Assembly (NCBI GenBank): GCA_029260825.1
Contig: JAJDCM010000312.1
Location: 5,215-69,214 of the forward strand
Length of the DNA: 64,000 bases
Direction: 5' to 3'
From: Planctomycetota bacterium
Lineage (GTDB): Bacteria; Planctomycetota; JACOTG01; JAJDCM01
Under the pieces are notes generated by a model. The model saw only the letters and a list, made by a program, of their open reading frames with translations, was not told the origin of the DNA and did not search any database. Both the position numbers and the translations under genes were made by a program. This document shows, piece after piece, positions 48,397 to 57,379 of this stretch. Numbering within the stretch: position 1 is the first letter of the stretch; every line of letters begins with the position of its first letter.

Positions 48397-49131
48397 TTAG
48401 GGAGATGAGGTCGAAGATAAAGCTCTTCTTTTCCACTGCCGGACAATGACCCGGGGTAGCCCACCCAGGACGGCCACCCCAGTGTAAATAAGGCTCGCCA
48501 TTCTCCAGTCCGGGTACCGAAAGAAATAGAGCGATCCGATGGACGATCTTGCATAGCTTTCGTTCCCCCGAAGCCAGTCGTAGCCCAGTAAATCCGATGC
48601 GGGTCCAAAAGGACTGAGGATCAACGTAAGGCGGATGAGTCCGGATCGCAGCCCCTCGGTGGAAGCAGCTTCGATCCAATCACTCAGGAGATAGGGCCCC
48701 CACAACCCCAAAGCCCCCAAGAGAGTAAGCAAGGCTTGCCCCAGCAACGGAGACCCTCCGGGAAGTTGGAACGATCGGGTCAGTGAGTAAAGTGCAAGAG
48801 CATAGGAGCCAGAAAGGACCGCCATTCCCCCGACCTCTTGGATCCCTCCTCCCGATCCCATGACCACGGGGAAAACCGACGAGAGGATGATTGGAGGAAG
48901 CAGACCGACATGGCCGGGAATCCGGGAAACACCCGAGGAGAAGGTCGCGGCAAAGGGAGCGACGAAAACAACGACGCTCAGCCCGAGCAACCCGGAAATC
49001 CCCCCCACCGAACCCCGGTCCGGAAGAATCAGGAACAATCCGGCGAAGATCGTCCCGAGAAGGGAGACCAGGCACACTCGAAGAATGGTTCGTGGGCTCT
49101 TGACCCCGCCGGAGTCGGTCTCTTCAGCCAT
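48397..49131 (-). CDS. Hypothetical polytopic membrane protein
   Basis: Five to six hydrophobic segments. ATG 49131 lies 12 nt after the upstream stop. The ORF is open to 49224. Confidence 0.6.
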   Translation of the reverse strand: MAEETDSGGVKSPRTILRVCLVSLLGTIFAGLFLILPDRGSVGGISGLLGLSVVVFVAPFAATFSSGVSRIPGHVGLLPPIILSSVFPVVMGSGGGIQEVGGMAVLSGSYALALYSLTRSFQLPGGSPLLGQALLTLLGALGLWGPYLLSDWIEAASTEGLRSGLIRLTLILSPFGPASDLLGYDWLRGNESYARSSIGSLYFFRYPDWRMASLIYTGVAVLGGLPRVIVRQWKRRALSSTSSP

Positions 49132-49145
49132 GGATGCCCAGATCC

Positions 49146-50405
49146 CTATTCGAGTCCCTCGTAGCACACGTTCAACGCCAGAACGGCATAGGACGTGGCG
49201 AGCACCGGGAGCCCCTCCCACCACCTTGTGTTTTGATTGACCCAGCTCCCATCTTCCGCCTGAAGAGACATCAGATGTTCACTCAGCTCTTCACGCCACG
49301 GATGCTTCTTGCCCTCCGCATCCACCACATATTCCTCCCCGTAGACCTCAAGAGCTCTGGCCATGTTCAGGTAGTAATAGTAGAGACCCTGCTGCCCCTC
49401 GTCCGAGGTCTGGAATCCTGGATTGAGATCGAGGGTGTAGTGGTTGGCGATCCAGGTGACGAGAGACTTGACCCGAGGATCATCCTTGGGAAGACCGGTG
49501 ATGAGATAGCATTTCAAAAGAGCATAGGTCATCGAGCCATAGGAGCGCGGGATCCGTTTGCCGTCCTCCGCCTCGTCCTCTCCGGCCGGGCTGTTGCCAG
49601 GAGAATACATCGCTCCCCCGTCATCTCCGGCAATGAAGACCTTGCCGCTCCGGGGATCTTTCCATTCTTCCGAATTCGACTCGCTTCTGTTTTGACAGCG
49701 ATTCAGAAAGACCAGGGCCTTCTTGTAAGCCTCGTCACCCGAAGGCGCCCCAGTTGCCTTCATGGCGTCAAACCACAAGCTTGCATTCGAGAGGTCGGGC
49801 CGTTCGTCCCCCCCGTAGCCGGTCCCGCCAAAATACTTGTCCGATTCCGAATATCCCTCGCCCCCGTCCGCCTGGAGCACGCGAAGAAAGCTCTGAGCCG
49901 AATCAACCACCGGTTTGAACCGCTCCTCGCCCGAGTCGATCAGGGCCATCACCGACACGCACGTCACGTAGTTGGCGAGCCCCCGGTCGTAGATCCCGCC
50001 ATCCTCCTTGGCCATGGACGCAACGTATTCGAGGGGCTTGCGAATAAACGGGCCATCTTCGCTCGTGTACTTCCGGGGGCTGGAAAGAAACGCCGATAGA
50101 GCAATCGAGGTCACGCCCGGGTCGGACTTCCCCTGGATTTGCCAGGTGCCATCGGCAGCCTGGGCGTCTCGGAGCGAGCTCAGGCCCCGATCGATCGAAC
50201 GCTTGGTCCGGGAGCGGATCGAGGTCTCCCCGGGAATACCGGAGGCCGCCACGTCCTCCTTCTCTTTGACCTGACTCGAAGAAATCTCTGGCGCACCGTC
50301 AGCCGCAGGATTTTCTGGAGCTGACTCTGCGCAACTCAAGAGGGAAAAAAGGCCCAGGAAGGAAAGGGCAGCCAGGACAGGATAGACAGAAACACATCGC
50401 TTCAT
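49146..50405 (-). CDS. Prenyltransferase/squalene-oxidase-repeat (terpenoid cyclase-like alpha/alpha toroid) lipoprotein
   Basis: Signal plus lipobox (LFSLLSC). Repeated QxxDGxW-type motifs are present (AQAADGTWQIQG, KEDGGIYD, LQADGGEGY, LQAEDGSWVNQ). Confidence 0.7.
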   Translation of the reverse strand: MKRCVSVYPVLAALSFLGLFSLLSCAESAPENPAADGAPEISSSQVKEKEDVAASGIPGETSIRSRTKRSIDRGLSSLRDAQAADGTWQIQGKSDPGVTSIALSAFLSSPRKYTSEDGPFIRKPLEYVASMAKEDGGIYDRGLANYVTCVSVMALIDSGEERFKPVVDSAQSFLRVLQADGGEGYSESDKYFGGTGYGGDERPDLSNASLWFDAMKATGAPSGDEAYKKALVFLNRCQNRSESNSEEWKDPRSGKVFIAGDDGGAMYSPGNSPAGEDEAEDGKRIPRSYGSMTYALLKCYLITGLPKDDPRVKSLVTWIANHYTLDLNPGFQTSDEGQQGLYYYYLNMARALEVYGEEYVVDAEGKKHPWREELSEHLMSLQAEDGSWVNQNTRWWEGLPVLATSYAVLALNVCYEGLE

Positions 50406-50477
50406 GAGATATCACCTGAGAATACGGGGGCGAACCGGTTGAACACTCTTGGCTGAACGATCGGCCTCAGCGACGGT

Positions 50478-51758
50478 TCAGGACATACGGCGAATTCCCT
50501 TGTCCGCGATATCCGTTCGGAAGTGTTTTCCCTCGAATTCGATGAGATCCGCGGCCTCATAGGCTCGTTTCTTCGCCGCTTCCAGGGTATCACCTAGAGC
50601 AGTGACCGAGAGGACTCGCCCGCCTGCGGTTACGATCTTTTTCCTCGAAACGCTTGTCCCCGCATGAAAAACCTGAAGATCATCGTCTTGCGGGACCTGA
50701 TCAAGCCCCTTGATCTCCACACCCTGGGTATAGGGGCCAGGATAGCCTTCCGAGGCAAGCACGACACAGACCGCCGGACGCGGGTCCCAGTCGAGAGTCA
50801 GATCCGCCAATCGACCGTCCACCACCGCGTCCATCACATCCACGATGTCGGTTTTCAATCGAAGGAGCAGAGGCTGAGCTTCCGGATCCCCGAACCTCGC
50901 GTTGCACTCAAGGACCTTACAACCGGTGTTGGCAATCATCAGGCCAACATAAAGGACGCCGACATAGCGGCGATTCTCCCGGTTCAATCCATGAACGAGT
51001 GGAACCAGGATCTGCTCTTCCACGTCGGAAAGAACCGATAGGTTGACGACCGGCGCCGGAGTGTAGGCTCCCATACCACCGGTATTTGGCCCCTGATCCT
51101 GATCAAAGGCGGCCTTGTGGTCCTGGGAGGACTCCATGATCGCGATGGTCCGACCGTCGGTGAAGGCAAGAATGGACGCTTCTTCACCACTCAGAAATTC
51201 CTCGATCAGGATCCTCTTTCCTGCCTCACCAAACTTCTCCTGCTGGAGACAGTCCCCGATCGCAACCTCCGCCTCCTCATAGTTCGCGCAGATCATGACC
51301 CCTTTTCCCGCGGCCAATCCACTCGCCTTCACGACCACCGGGAATTCGTCCCGGACGAGAACGTACTGGAGCGCTTCTTCGGCGCTTGTGAAGGAACGGC
51401 TGCCAGCGGTGGGAATGAGGTGGCGCACCAGGAGCTCTTTGCAAAAGACCTTGTTTCCCTCGAGCTCGGCGGCCCGCTTGCTTGGCCCGAAGATCCGAAG
51501 ACCGTGCTCCTGGAACTCATCCACGATTCCATCGCAAAGAGGAGCTTCGGGACCCACAACGGTCAGATCAATTTTTTTGTCTTTGGCGAACTTCAGGAGA
51601 CTCGGGATATCGGCCTGTCCAAGGTCAACGCACTCGGCAAGTTCGGCGATTCCGGCGTTTCCCGGGGCACAGAATATCTGGGTGACGCGAGGAGATTGGG
51701 CGATTTTGTACACGAGGGCATGTTCACGCCCTCCGCCTCCGATGACGAATACCCTCAT
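50478..51758 (-). CDS. purD: Phosphoribosylamine--glycine ligase
   Basis: MRVFVIGGGGREHALVYKI, an ATP-grasp core and GPNTGGMGAY. Confidence 0.96.
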   Translation of the reverse strand: MRVFVIGGGGREHALVYKIAQSPRVTQIFCAPGNAGIAELAECVDLGQADIPSLLKFAKDKKIDLTVVGPEAPLCDGIVDEFQEHGLRIFGPSKRAAELEGNKVFCKELLVRHLIPTAGSRSFTSAEEALQYVLVRDEFPVVVKASGLAAGKGVMICANYEEAEVAIGDCLQQEKFGEAGKRILIEEFLSGEEASILAFTDGRTIAIMESSQDHKAAFDQDQGPNTGGMGAYTPAPVVNLSVLSDVEEQILVPLVHGLNRENRRYVGVLYVGLMIANTGCKVLECNARFGDPEAQPLLLRLKTDIVDVMDAVVDGRLADLTLDWDPRPAVCVVLASEGYPGPYTQGVEIKGLDQVPQDDDLQVFHAGTSVSRKKIVTAGGRVLSVTALGDTLEAAKKRAYEAADLIEFEGKHFRTDIADKGIRRMS

Positions 51759-51899
51759 TGAACCCTCCCCGCTGTGGAATGACCTGATCGTCGAAAGACC
51801 GGTAAAGTTTCATCATCCAAGCCATTTCTCGGCCAGAGAAGTGAGCGTGGCTCGAGAGAAATCAATGAACTCAAAACCGATTGATGAAGAAGGAAGTGA

Positions 51900-51974
51900 T
51901 CGGGGCGGCCGGATTCGAACCGGCGACCTCCTGGTCCCAAACCAGGTGCGCTAACCAGACTGTGCTACGCCCCG
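51900..51974 (-). tRNA. tRNA-Pro (anticodon UGG)
   Basis: Reverse complement: CGGGGCG-TA-GCAC-AGTCTGGTTA-GCGC-A-CCTGG-TTTGGGA-CCAGG-AGGTC-GCCGG-TTCGAAT-CCGGC-CGCCCCG-A. It folds as a cloverleaf with one A-C mismatch in the D stem. CCA is not encoded. Confidence 0.92.
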
Positions 51975-52136
51975 TGCGTTCTTCTTAACATCCCACGAGC
52001 CAGGGCAAAGCCCATTCCCAAAACAGGGCACAGATTTCCCTGGCGCGTAGCGGATTAAACTATCGATTCCTCGGCAAAAGGGCTAGTGCGCTCCTGGAGA
52101 AACTGGTGTTCTCCCGAATAGGCCCATCCACACGAG

Positions 52137-52781
52137 CTAGTTTGCCTTCCTCATCAAAAGCGACATGACCTCGGATCGGGCGGCCGCGTCGGTGCGAAAA
52201 ATTCCCCGCATCGCCGAGGTCATGACCATGGTGCCGGGCTTTCGAACTCCCCGGATTGTCATGCAAGTATGGGTCGCCTCAAGGACGACCGCCACTGCCT
52301 GGGGCTCGATGACCTTCACGATGGCGTCGGCAATCTGGGTCGTCATCCTCTCCTGAACCTGGGGGCGACGCGCAAATGCGTCCACGACACGAGCCAGCTT
52401 GCTAATTCCGGTGATTCGACCCACGGGTATGTAGGCAGTGTGAGCCCTTCCGACGAAGGGGAGGAGATGGTGCTCACACATGCTGTTGAACGGAATGTCC
52501 TTCACCACCACGATCTCGTCGTATTTTTCGGTGAAAAAGGTATCGAGCTGAGCAAGCGGGTCCGACCGCAGCCCCCCGAAAACCTCCTCATACATCTTGG
52601 CTACCCGAAGAGGCGTTTTCTTCAGGCCTTCGCGATCGGGATCCTCCCCGACTGCCTCGAGAATCATTCGAACGGCTTTCTCGATCTTTGCCGTATCCAC
52701 GCCACCCTCTCGGGATTCGATGAGCTCTTTCCCCATGACTCCGACCTCGTTTGTTACTTCTCGCATCAAATCCGCCAACAC
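52137..52781 (-). CDS. folE: GTP cyclohydrolase I
   Basis: [48 protein letters not shown] and [11 protein letters not shown]. Confidence 0.95.
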   Translation of the reverse strand: MLADLMREVTNEVGVMGKELIESREGGVDTAKIEKAVRMILEAVGEDPDREGLKKTPLRVAKMYEEVFGGLRSDPLAQLDTFFTEKYDEIVVVKDIPFNSMCEHHLLPFVGRAHTAYIPVGRITGISKLARVVDAFARRPQVQERMTTQIADAIVKVIEPQAVAVVLEATHTCMTIRGVRKPGTMVMTSAMRGIFRTDAAARSEVMSLLMRKAN

Positions 52782-52877
52782 GAAACGTTCGAAAGAAAAC
52801 CCCGCAACGAATCAGGATTCTACCCGGATGAATCAGGAGTTCGAGAGGAAATCGGACCCGGCTCGTCAAGGAAACAA

Positions 52878-53384
52878 CTATTCCGGCCCGGTCTCCTCGC
52901 CTCCATCTTCTGAGGGGTCGTCAGAGGGGTCAGGATCTCGAAGCTGATGGAGCATTTCCTCCGTCTCCTCCCCTCCCGGGATGCAGAGAGTCAAGTCATC
53001 CTCGGAGTCGCCGTGGATCGCTTTGGCGTACGACTTACAGTCTTCATAACCGCAGGAAGTACAATCCGTTTGGCCAAGGGAGGCGTAGACGGTCGAGAGT
53101 TCATCAAGGCCCTTGGCAAGATCCATCCGCTCTTCAATTGGCATCATCGGATCGTGCCAGGCGGGGAATTCCTCATCATCCGAAGAGACGCTCCCGGCGT
53201 CGTTTACTCCCAAGATGGCGAGAGAATCGACGGAAGGTGGAGGTGGATCCTGATGACCGGAAGTCCCCGAGCCTTCCTTTTTCTTTGGTGCCTCTTTATC
53301 CGTTGAGGGGTTCTCAGCTTCTTCGGGCTTCGGATCTGGTTGTGAGTCGTTCAGGGCATCTATCCTCAGACTTTGGCTGCACAA
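52878..53384 (-). CDS. Acidic protein with an RnfB-N-terminal-type putative Fe-S cluster domain (PF04060-like)
   Basis: GQTDCTSCGYEDCKSYAKAIHGDSEDDLTLCIPGG matches the CxxCGxxxC...C-P-x-G pattern of the RnfB / CODH-ACS gamma N-terminus. The rest is low-complexity acidic or Pro-rich. The start is uncertain. Confidence 0.55.
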   Translation of the reverse strand: MCSQSLRIDALNDSQPDPKPEEAENPSTDKEAPKKKEGSGTSGHQDPPPPSVDSLAILGVNDAGSVSSDDEEFPAWHDPMMPIEERMDLAKGLDELSTVYASLGQTDCTSCGYEDCKSYAKAIHGDSEDDLTLCIPGGEETEEMLHQLRDPDPSDDPSEDGGEETGPE

Positions 53385-53422
53385 GGGTCATCGGCGACGT
53401 CGTCGACCCAAGAGCAGTCCGC

Positions 53423-53905
53423 TCAAGCTTCCGCGACCGGGGGAGCCGGCGAGGGGCTCTTCGGGAGAAGCCCTAACACTCTAGCATGTTGGGCCTTGCG
53501 GGTGGCGGACATGGCCATCAACCCGGTGACGAAGTCATTTCGCAGTCCGGCGAAAAGGTTGGCCACTTCATCCAGGCCCCGAGCAACCTCGAGTAGGCCA
53601 GCGGCGAGTAAGGACAGGTTCGAGTCGACAGTCGTGTAGTTATGTCGGAGGAAACCAAGACGATAGGAGCCTGCATCGGCCTCTCCTCCCGCGTCCTGAA
53701 TCCAGCCAGACAAACGATCAACATGACTCCGGGTCGAGGCTTGCACCTCAAGAAACGCCTCGGATGCCGGAGCCGTACTTTGATCCAGCAGCAAATCCGC
53801 TTCCTCACTCAAGTAGGCGACAAGAGACCGCCCCTCAACGACAAGCGCCCGGGAAAGCACGGCGATCACTTCTTGCTTCTCCATCTCGATCGGTACCTCA
53901 GTCAA
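53423..53905 (-). CDS. Hypothetical helical protein (160 aa)
   Basis: Predicted all-alpha with a Pro-rich C-terminus and no recognised motif. It lies directly downstream of nuoN on the same strand. Confidence 0.5.
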   Translation of the reverse strand: MTEVPIEMEKQEVIAVLSRALVVEGRSLVAYLSEEADLLLDQSTAPASEAFLEVQASTRSHVDRLSGWIQDAGGEADAGSYRLGFLRHNYTTVDSNLSLLAAGLLEVARGLDEVANLFAGLRNDFVTGLMAMSATRKAQHARVLGLLPKSPSPAPPVAEA

Positions 53906-53959
53906 CGGGGTAAGTCTATTCGTTCTCTCGTGTCGCGACTCCCCTGGGCGGCCGGATGC

Positions 53960-55486
53960 TTAGCCCAGGAGGGAAAGATTCTTCGTCCAGCCGGCTGCCG
54001 CGCCGAGAAAGAAGAGAAGAAGGACTGGCAGAGCCAAACCAACGGTCAAAACCTTGCCAAGGAGACAAGGGGCCGGATAAGGAGTCTTCTCGGCACTATC
54101 TTCCAGGTACATGAACTTCAAGATTCTCATGTAGTAATAAACAGAAACCGCGGTGTTGATCCCGCCCATGATGGCAAGCCAGTAGAGTCCCTTATCGATC
54201 GCGGCCCGAAAGAGAAGGAATTTCCCGGTAAAGCCTGCAGTCGGTGGCATGCCAATCAAAGAGAAGAGGAAGATGGTCAGCAATAACGCCGGGAGCCACA
54301 TCCTGGTGCCAAGCCCCTTGTAGGCTTCGATCTCTTCCGACTTCACCTGGTTGGAGACAACGATGACAACAGCAAATGCCCCAAGATTGGTGAACAGGTA
54401 AACCAGAAGATAGAACGCAACGGCCTTGAATCCTGCATAGTCAGAAACCTCAAGGGCAGCAACACCCATGAGTATGTAGCCCGCATGAGCGATGCTCGAA
54501 TAGCCAAGCATCCGCTTGATATTGGTTTGGAAGAGTGCAGCAAGATTCCCGAGCGTCATGGTTACCGCTGCCGCCACCGCCAGGATCGACGTCCAGTCGA
54601 GGAAAAGCCCCCCGTCCGCCATCTTGATCCCCGTGGCTGAGCCCGGATCAAGAGAAGCCATGAACCGGAGCAAGATCGCAAATGCAGCCGTCTTCGAGGC
54701 CACCGAAAGAAACGCGGTGACCGCAGTCGGAGCTCCCTGGTAAACATCCGGCACCCAGAAGTGCATGGGGAAAGCAGCCATCTTGTAGGCAAGCCCGGCA
54801 AGAACCAGACCGACGGCGATCCCGAATCCGACGTCCGTCGCCATGCGAATGCCAAGATCGGCAAGACCCATCACCGAGAGAGAACCGGTCATTCCAAAGA
54901 GAAGTGAAATCCCATAGAGCATCAGAGCCGATGCCACGGAACCATAGATCGCATACTTCAGAGAAGCTTCGCTCCCGATCCGGCTCTGACGCCGGTGGGC
55001 AACGATCACGTAGGATGAAAGGCTCGCAAGCTCGACCGCGAGGTAAATCATGATCATGTTCGTTGACGAAGCCATGAGCATCATGCCCAGGACGGCCGCC
55101 AATAAAATGCCGTAATATTCTCCCAGACGAGCTCCGATGTTCTCTTTGTCGAGCTGGGTGAGCGCCACCGTGACCAGTGTCCCGATGAGGATGACCGCCT
55201 TGAAGAAGGTCGAGAACGAATCCAGAGCCAGCATTCCACTGAAGAGCGAACGAGGTTCTGATGGAAGCATGAACACGAGAGCCAGAGACAGGAGCGTTCC
55301 ACCGAAGGCCATGTAGGCCGTATTCTTGGAGCGTTCTCGCGATAGAACGAGATCGTAAAGAAGCACGGCGCAAAGAGTGATTCCCAGCACGATCTCCGGC
55401 CAGAAGCCGGCGACCGAATCACCGACCCCCGAGACGAACTCGGCAAACGCCTTCGTATCGAGTTGTTTTGTAGCGGCCAGCATCAA
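53960..55486 (-). CDS. nuoN: NADH-quinone oxidoreductase subunit N
   Basis: Polytopic antiporter-like subunit (about 14 TM segments) in the last position of the nuo operon. Motif: KMAAFPMHFWVPDVYQGAPTAVTAFL. Confidence 0.9.
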   Translation of the reverse strand: MMLAATKQLDTKAFAEFVSGVGDSVAGFWPEIVLGITLCAVLLYDLVLSRERSKNTAYMAFGGTLLSLALVFMLPSEPRSLFSGMLALDSFSTFFKAVILIGTLVTVALTQLDKENIGARLGEYYGILLAAVLGMMLMASSTNMIMIYLAVELASLSSYVIVAHRRQSRIGSEASLKYAIYGSVASALMLYGISLLFGMTGSLSVMGLADLGIRMATDVGFGIAVGLVLAGLAYKMAAFPMHFWVPDVYQGAPTAVTAFLSVASKTAAFAILLRFMASLDPGSATGIKMADGGLFLDWTSILAVAAAVTMTLGNLAALFQTNIKRMLGYSSIAHAGYILMGVAALEVSDYAGFKAVAFYLLVYLFTNLGAFAVVIVVSNQVKSEEIEAYKGLGTRMWLPALLLTIFLFSLIGMPPTAGFTGKFLLFRAAIDKGLYWLAIMGGINTAVSVYYYMRILKFMYLEDSAEKTPYPAPCLLGKVLTVGLALPVLLLFFLGAAAGWTKNLSLLG

Positions 55487-55557
55487 CGTCCTACCTTATT
55501 TAGCGAAACCGTTCATTCCCGATCGACTTGAACACACGGAGAACTTCTGGGTCCGAA

Positions 55558-57264
55558 TCAACCTCCAGCCGCCATTCGAATCGAATCCGGCATCATCTGG
55601 AGGAATATCTCGATCGACCCGCCAAGCATGTCCAAGATGAACTTGGGCCAGACGCCGTAAACGATACACATGATTCCTAGCGGAACGAGAACCAGAACTT
55701 CCCGAAGATTGAGGTCGGGGAAGCTCCGGTATTTCTCATTGAGAGATCCGAAGAACACCCGCTGGATGGTCCAGAGGATGTAACCGGCAGTGAGCACGAT
55801 TCCCGAAGCGGAAATGTAGACAAGAACCTTGGGGAAGAGCTCGGTCTCGTAGGCTCCCAGGAACACCAAGGCTTCACTGATGAAACCGTTCAAAGCGGGC
55901 AAGCCAAGAGAGGCGAAGAAACCGACGGTCGCAAGACCGGTGTAGTACGGCATCTGCAAACCCAAGCCACCGAAGCGATTGAGGTCTCGATGATGAGCGC
56001 GATCGTAAACAACACCGACGAGAAGGAACATCATGGCGGACGAGATGCCGTGATTGAACATCTGAAGCACGGCGCCGTTCACCCCGCCTGATGTCATGGC
56101 CGCCATTCCAAGAAGCACGTACCCCATGTGACTGATGGAAGAATAGGCGACCAGCCTCTTGAAGTCTTTCTGCGCAAGGGCACACAAGGCGCCATACACG
56201 ATATTGATGACTCCAAGAATCGCAATAAACATGATGCAGACCTTGGTCGTTCCCGCTTCCGGAGCCAGGGGATACATGAACCGGAAGAAACCGTAGCCCC
56301 CCATCTTCAAAAGCACGCCGGCAAGGACAACACTGGCGGCGGTTGGTGCTTCAACGTGAGCATCGGGAAGCCAGGTGTGGAACGGGAAGACCGGAACCTT
56401 GATGGCAAAGCCGATGAACAGAGCAAAGAAGATGTACATCTGGAACGTGAGCTCAAACCCGGGAGCCACTTCCATCAAGGTGAGTAAGTTAAACGAGTAG
56501 GGGTCGGTATTGAAGTAAAGGGCAAGCATGGCCAACAGCATGAGGACCGAACCGACCAGCGTGTAGATGAAGAACTTCAACGCCGCGTAGATGCGCCTTG
56601 GGCCTCCCCAGATTCCGATGAGGAAATACATGGGAAGAAGCACGATCTCCCAGAAGACATAGAACAGGAAGAAGTCGAGTGCGGCAAAGACCCCATTCAA
56701 TCCCGTAATGAGCATCAAGAAGAGAGTAAAATATCCCTTCGTAGCCTTTTCAATATTCCAGGAGTAGATGAGGCAGAGGACACCCAGGAGAGACGTCAAC
56801 CAGATGAGGGGAATGGAAAGCCCATCGACCCCGACAAAGTAGTTGATGCGGAACGCGGAGATCCAGGGAGCATACTCGATGTACTCGAGCCCTTTCGCCA
56901 GAGCCACCCCCTGGGCGAGCTTGAAGTCGCGAATGTCTCGAGCATGCTCGAAGACACCCTTGCTCTTGAGGTCGAGCTCCTCTTGTGGAGAGATCCAGGA
57001 TGATCCCCCGTCACGATCGGAGATGGACGTGACAAGAGCCCGGTGCTCTGCCGGAACCTCGTCCATACGCTCTTTTGCCAGCGCCGCCATCTTGTCAGCA
57101 GCGTTCCCATTCCCCTCCTCTCCGTAGCCCAACCAAAGGGCCGAAGAAAGGGCAAATGTGACAATCGCTCCCAGCAGACACACGCCCTTCATCAGGGTCT
57201 TCCCTGGAATGAGGAGTGCCAAACAAGCGGTCAAAACCGGAATGAAGATGATCAGCGTAACCAT
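55558..57264 (-). CDS. nuoM: NADH-quinone oxidoreductase subunit M
   Basis: FALFIGFAIKVPVFPFHTWLPDAHVEAPTAASVVLAGVLLKMGGYG. It contains a hydrophilic insertion between the second and third TM helices that is far longer than the equivalent E. coli loop (roughly 65 aa longer by eye). Confidence 0.9.
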   Translation of the reverse strand: MVTLIIFIPVLTACLALLIPGKTLMKGVCLLGAIVTFALSSALWLGYGEEGNGNAADKMAALAKERMDEVPAEHRALVTSISDRDGGSSWISPQEELDLKSKGVFEHARDIRDFKLAQGVALAKGLEYIEYAPWISAFRINYFVGVDGLSIPLIWLTSLLGVLCLIYSWNIEKATKGYFTLFLMLITGLNGVFAALDFFLFYVFWEIVLLPMYFLIGIWGGPRRIYAALKFFIYTLVGSVLMLLAMLALYFNTDPYSFNLLTLMEVAPGFELTFQMYIFFALFIGFAIKVPVFPFHTWLPDAHVEAPTAASVVLAGVLLKMGGYGFFRFMYPLAPEAGTTKVCIMFIAILGVINIVYGALCALAQKDFKRLVAYSSISHMGYVLLGMAAMTSGGVNGAVLQMFNHGISSAMMFLLVGVVYDRAHHRDLNRFGGLGLQMPYYTGLATVGFFASLGLPALNGFISEALVFLGAYETELFPKVLVYISASGIVLTAGYILWTIQRVFFGSLNEKYRSFPDLNLREVLVLVPLGIMCIVYGVWPKFILDMLGGSIEIFLQMMPDSIRMAAGG

Positions 57265-57379
57265 GGGCTAACGCGTGCCTCGCATTCGAGGGTGGGCCGA
57301 ATTTCTCCGGTCGCACCTCAATTATTCTTCAACTAAAAACCTGATCCACAAACCTCTCACCGTCTTCAAATGAATGGGT

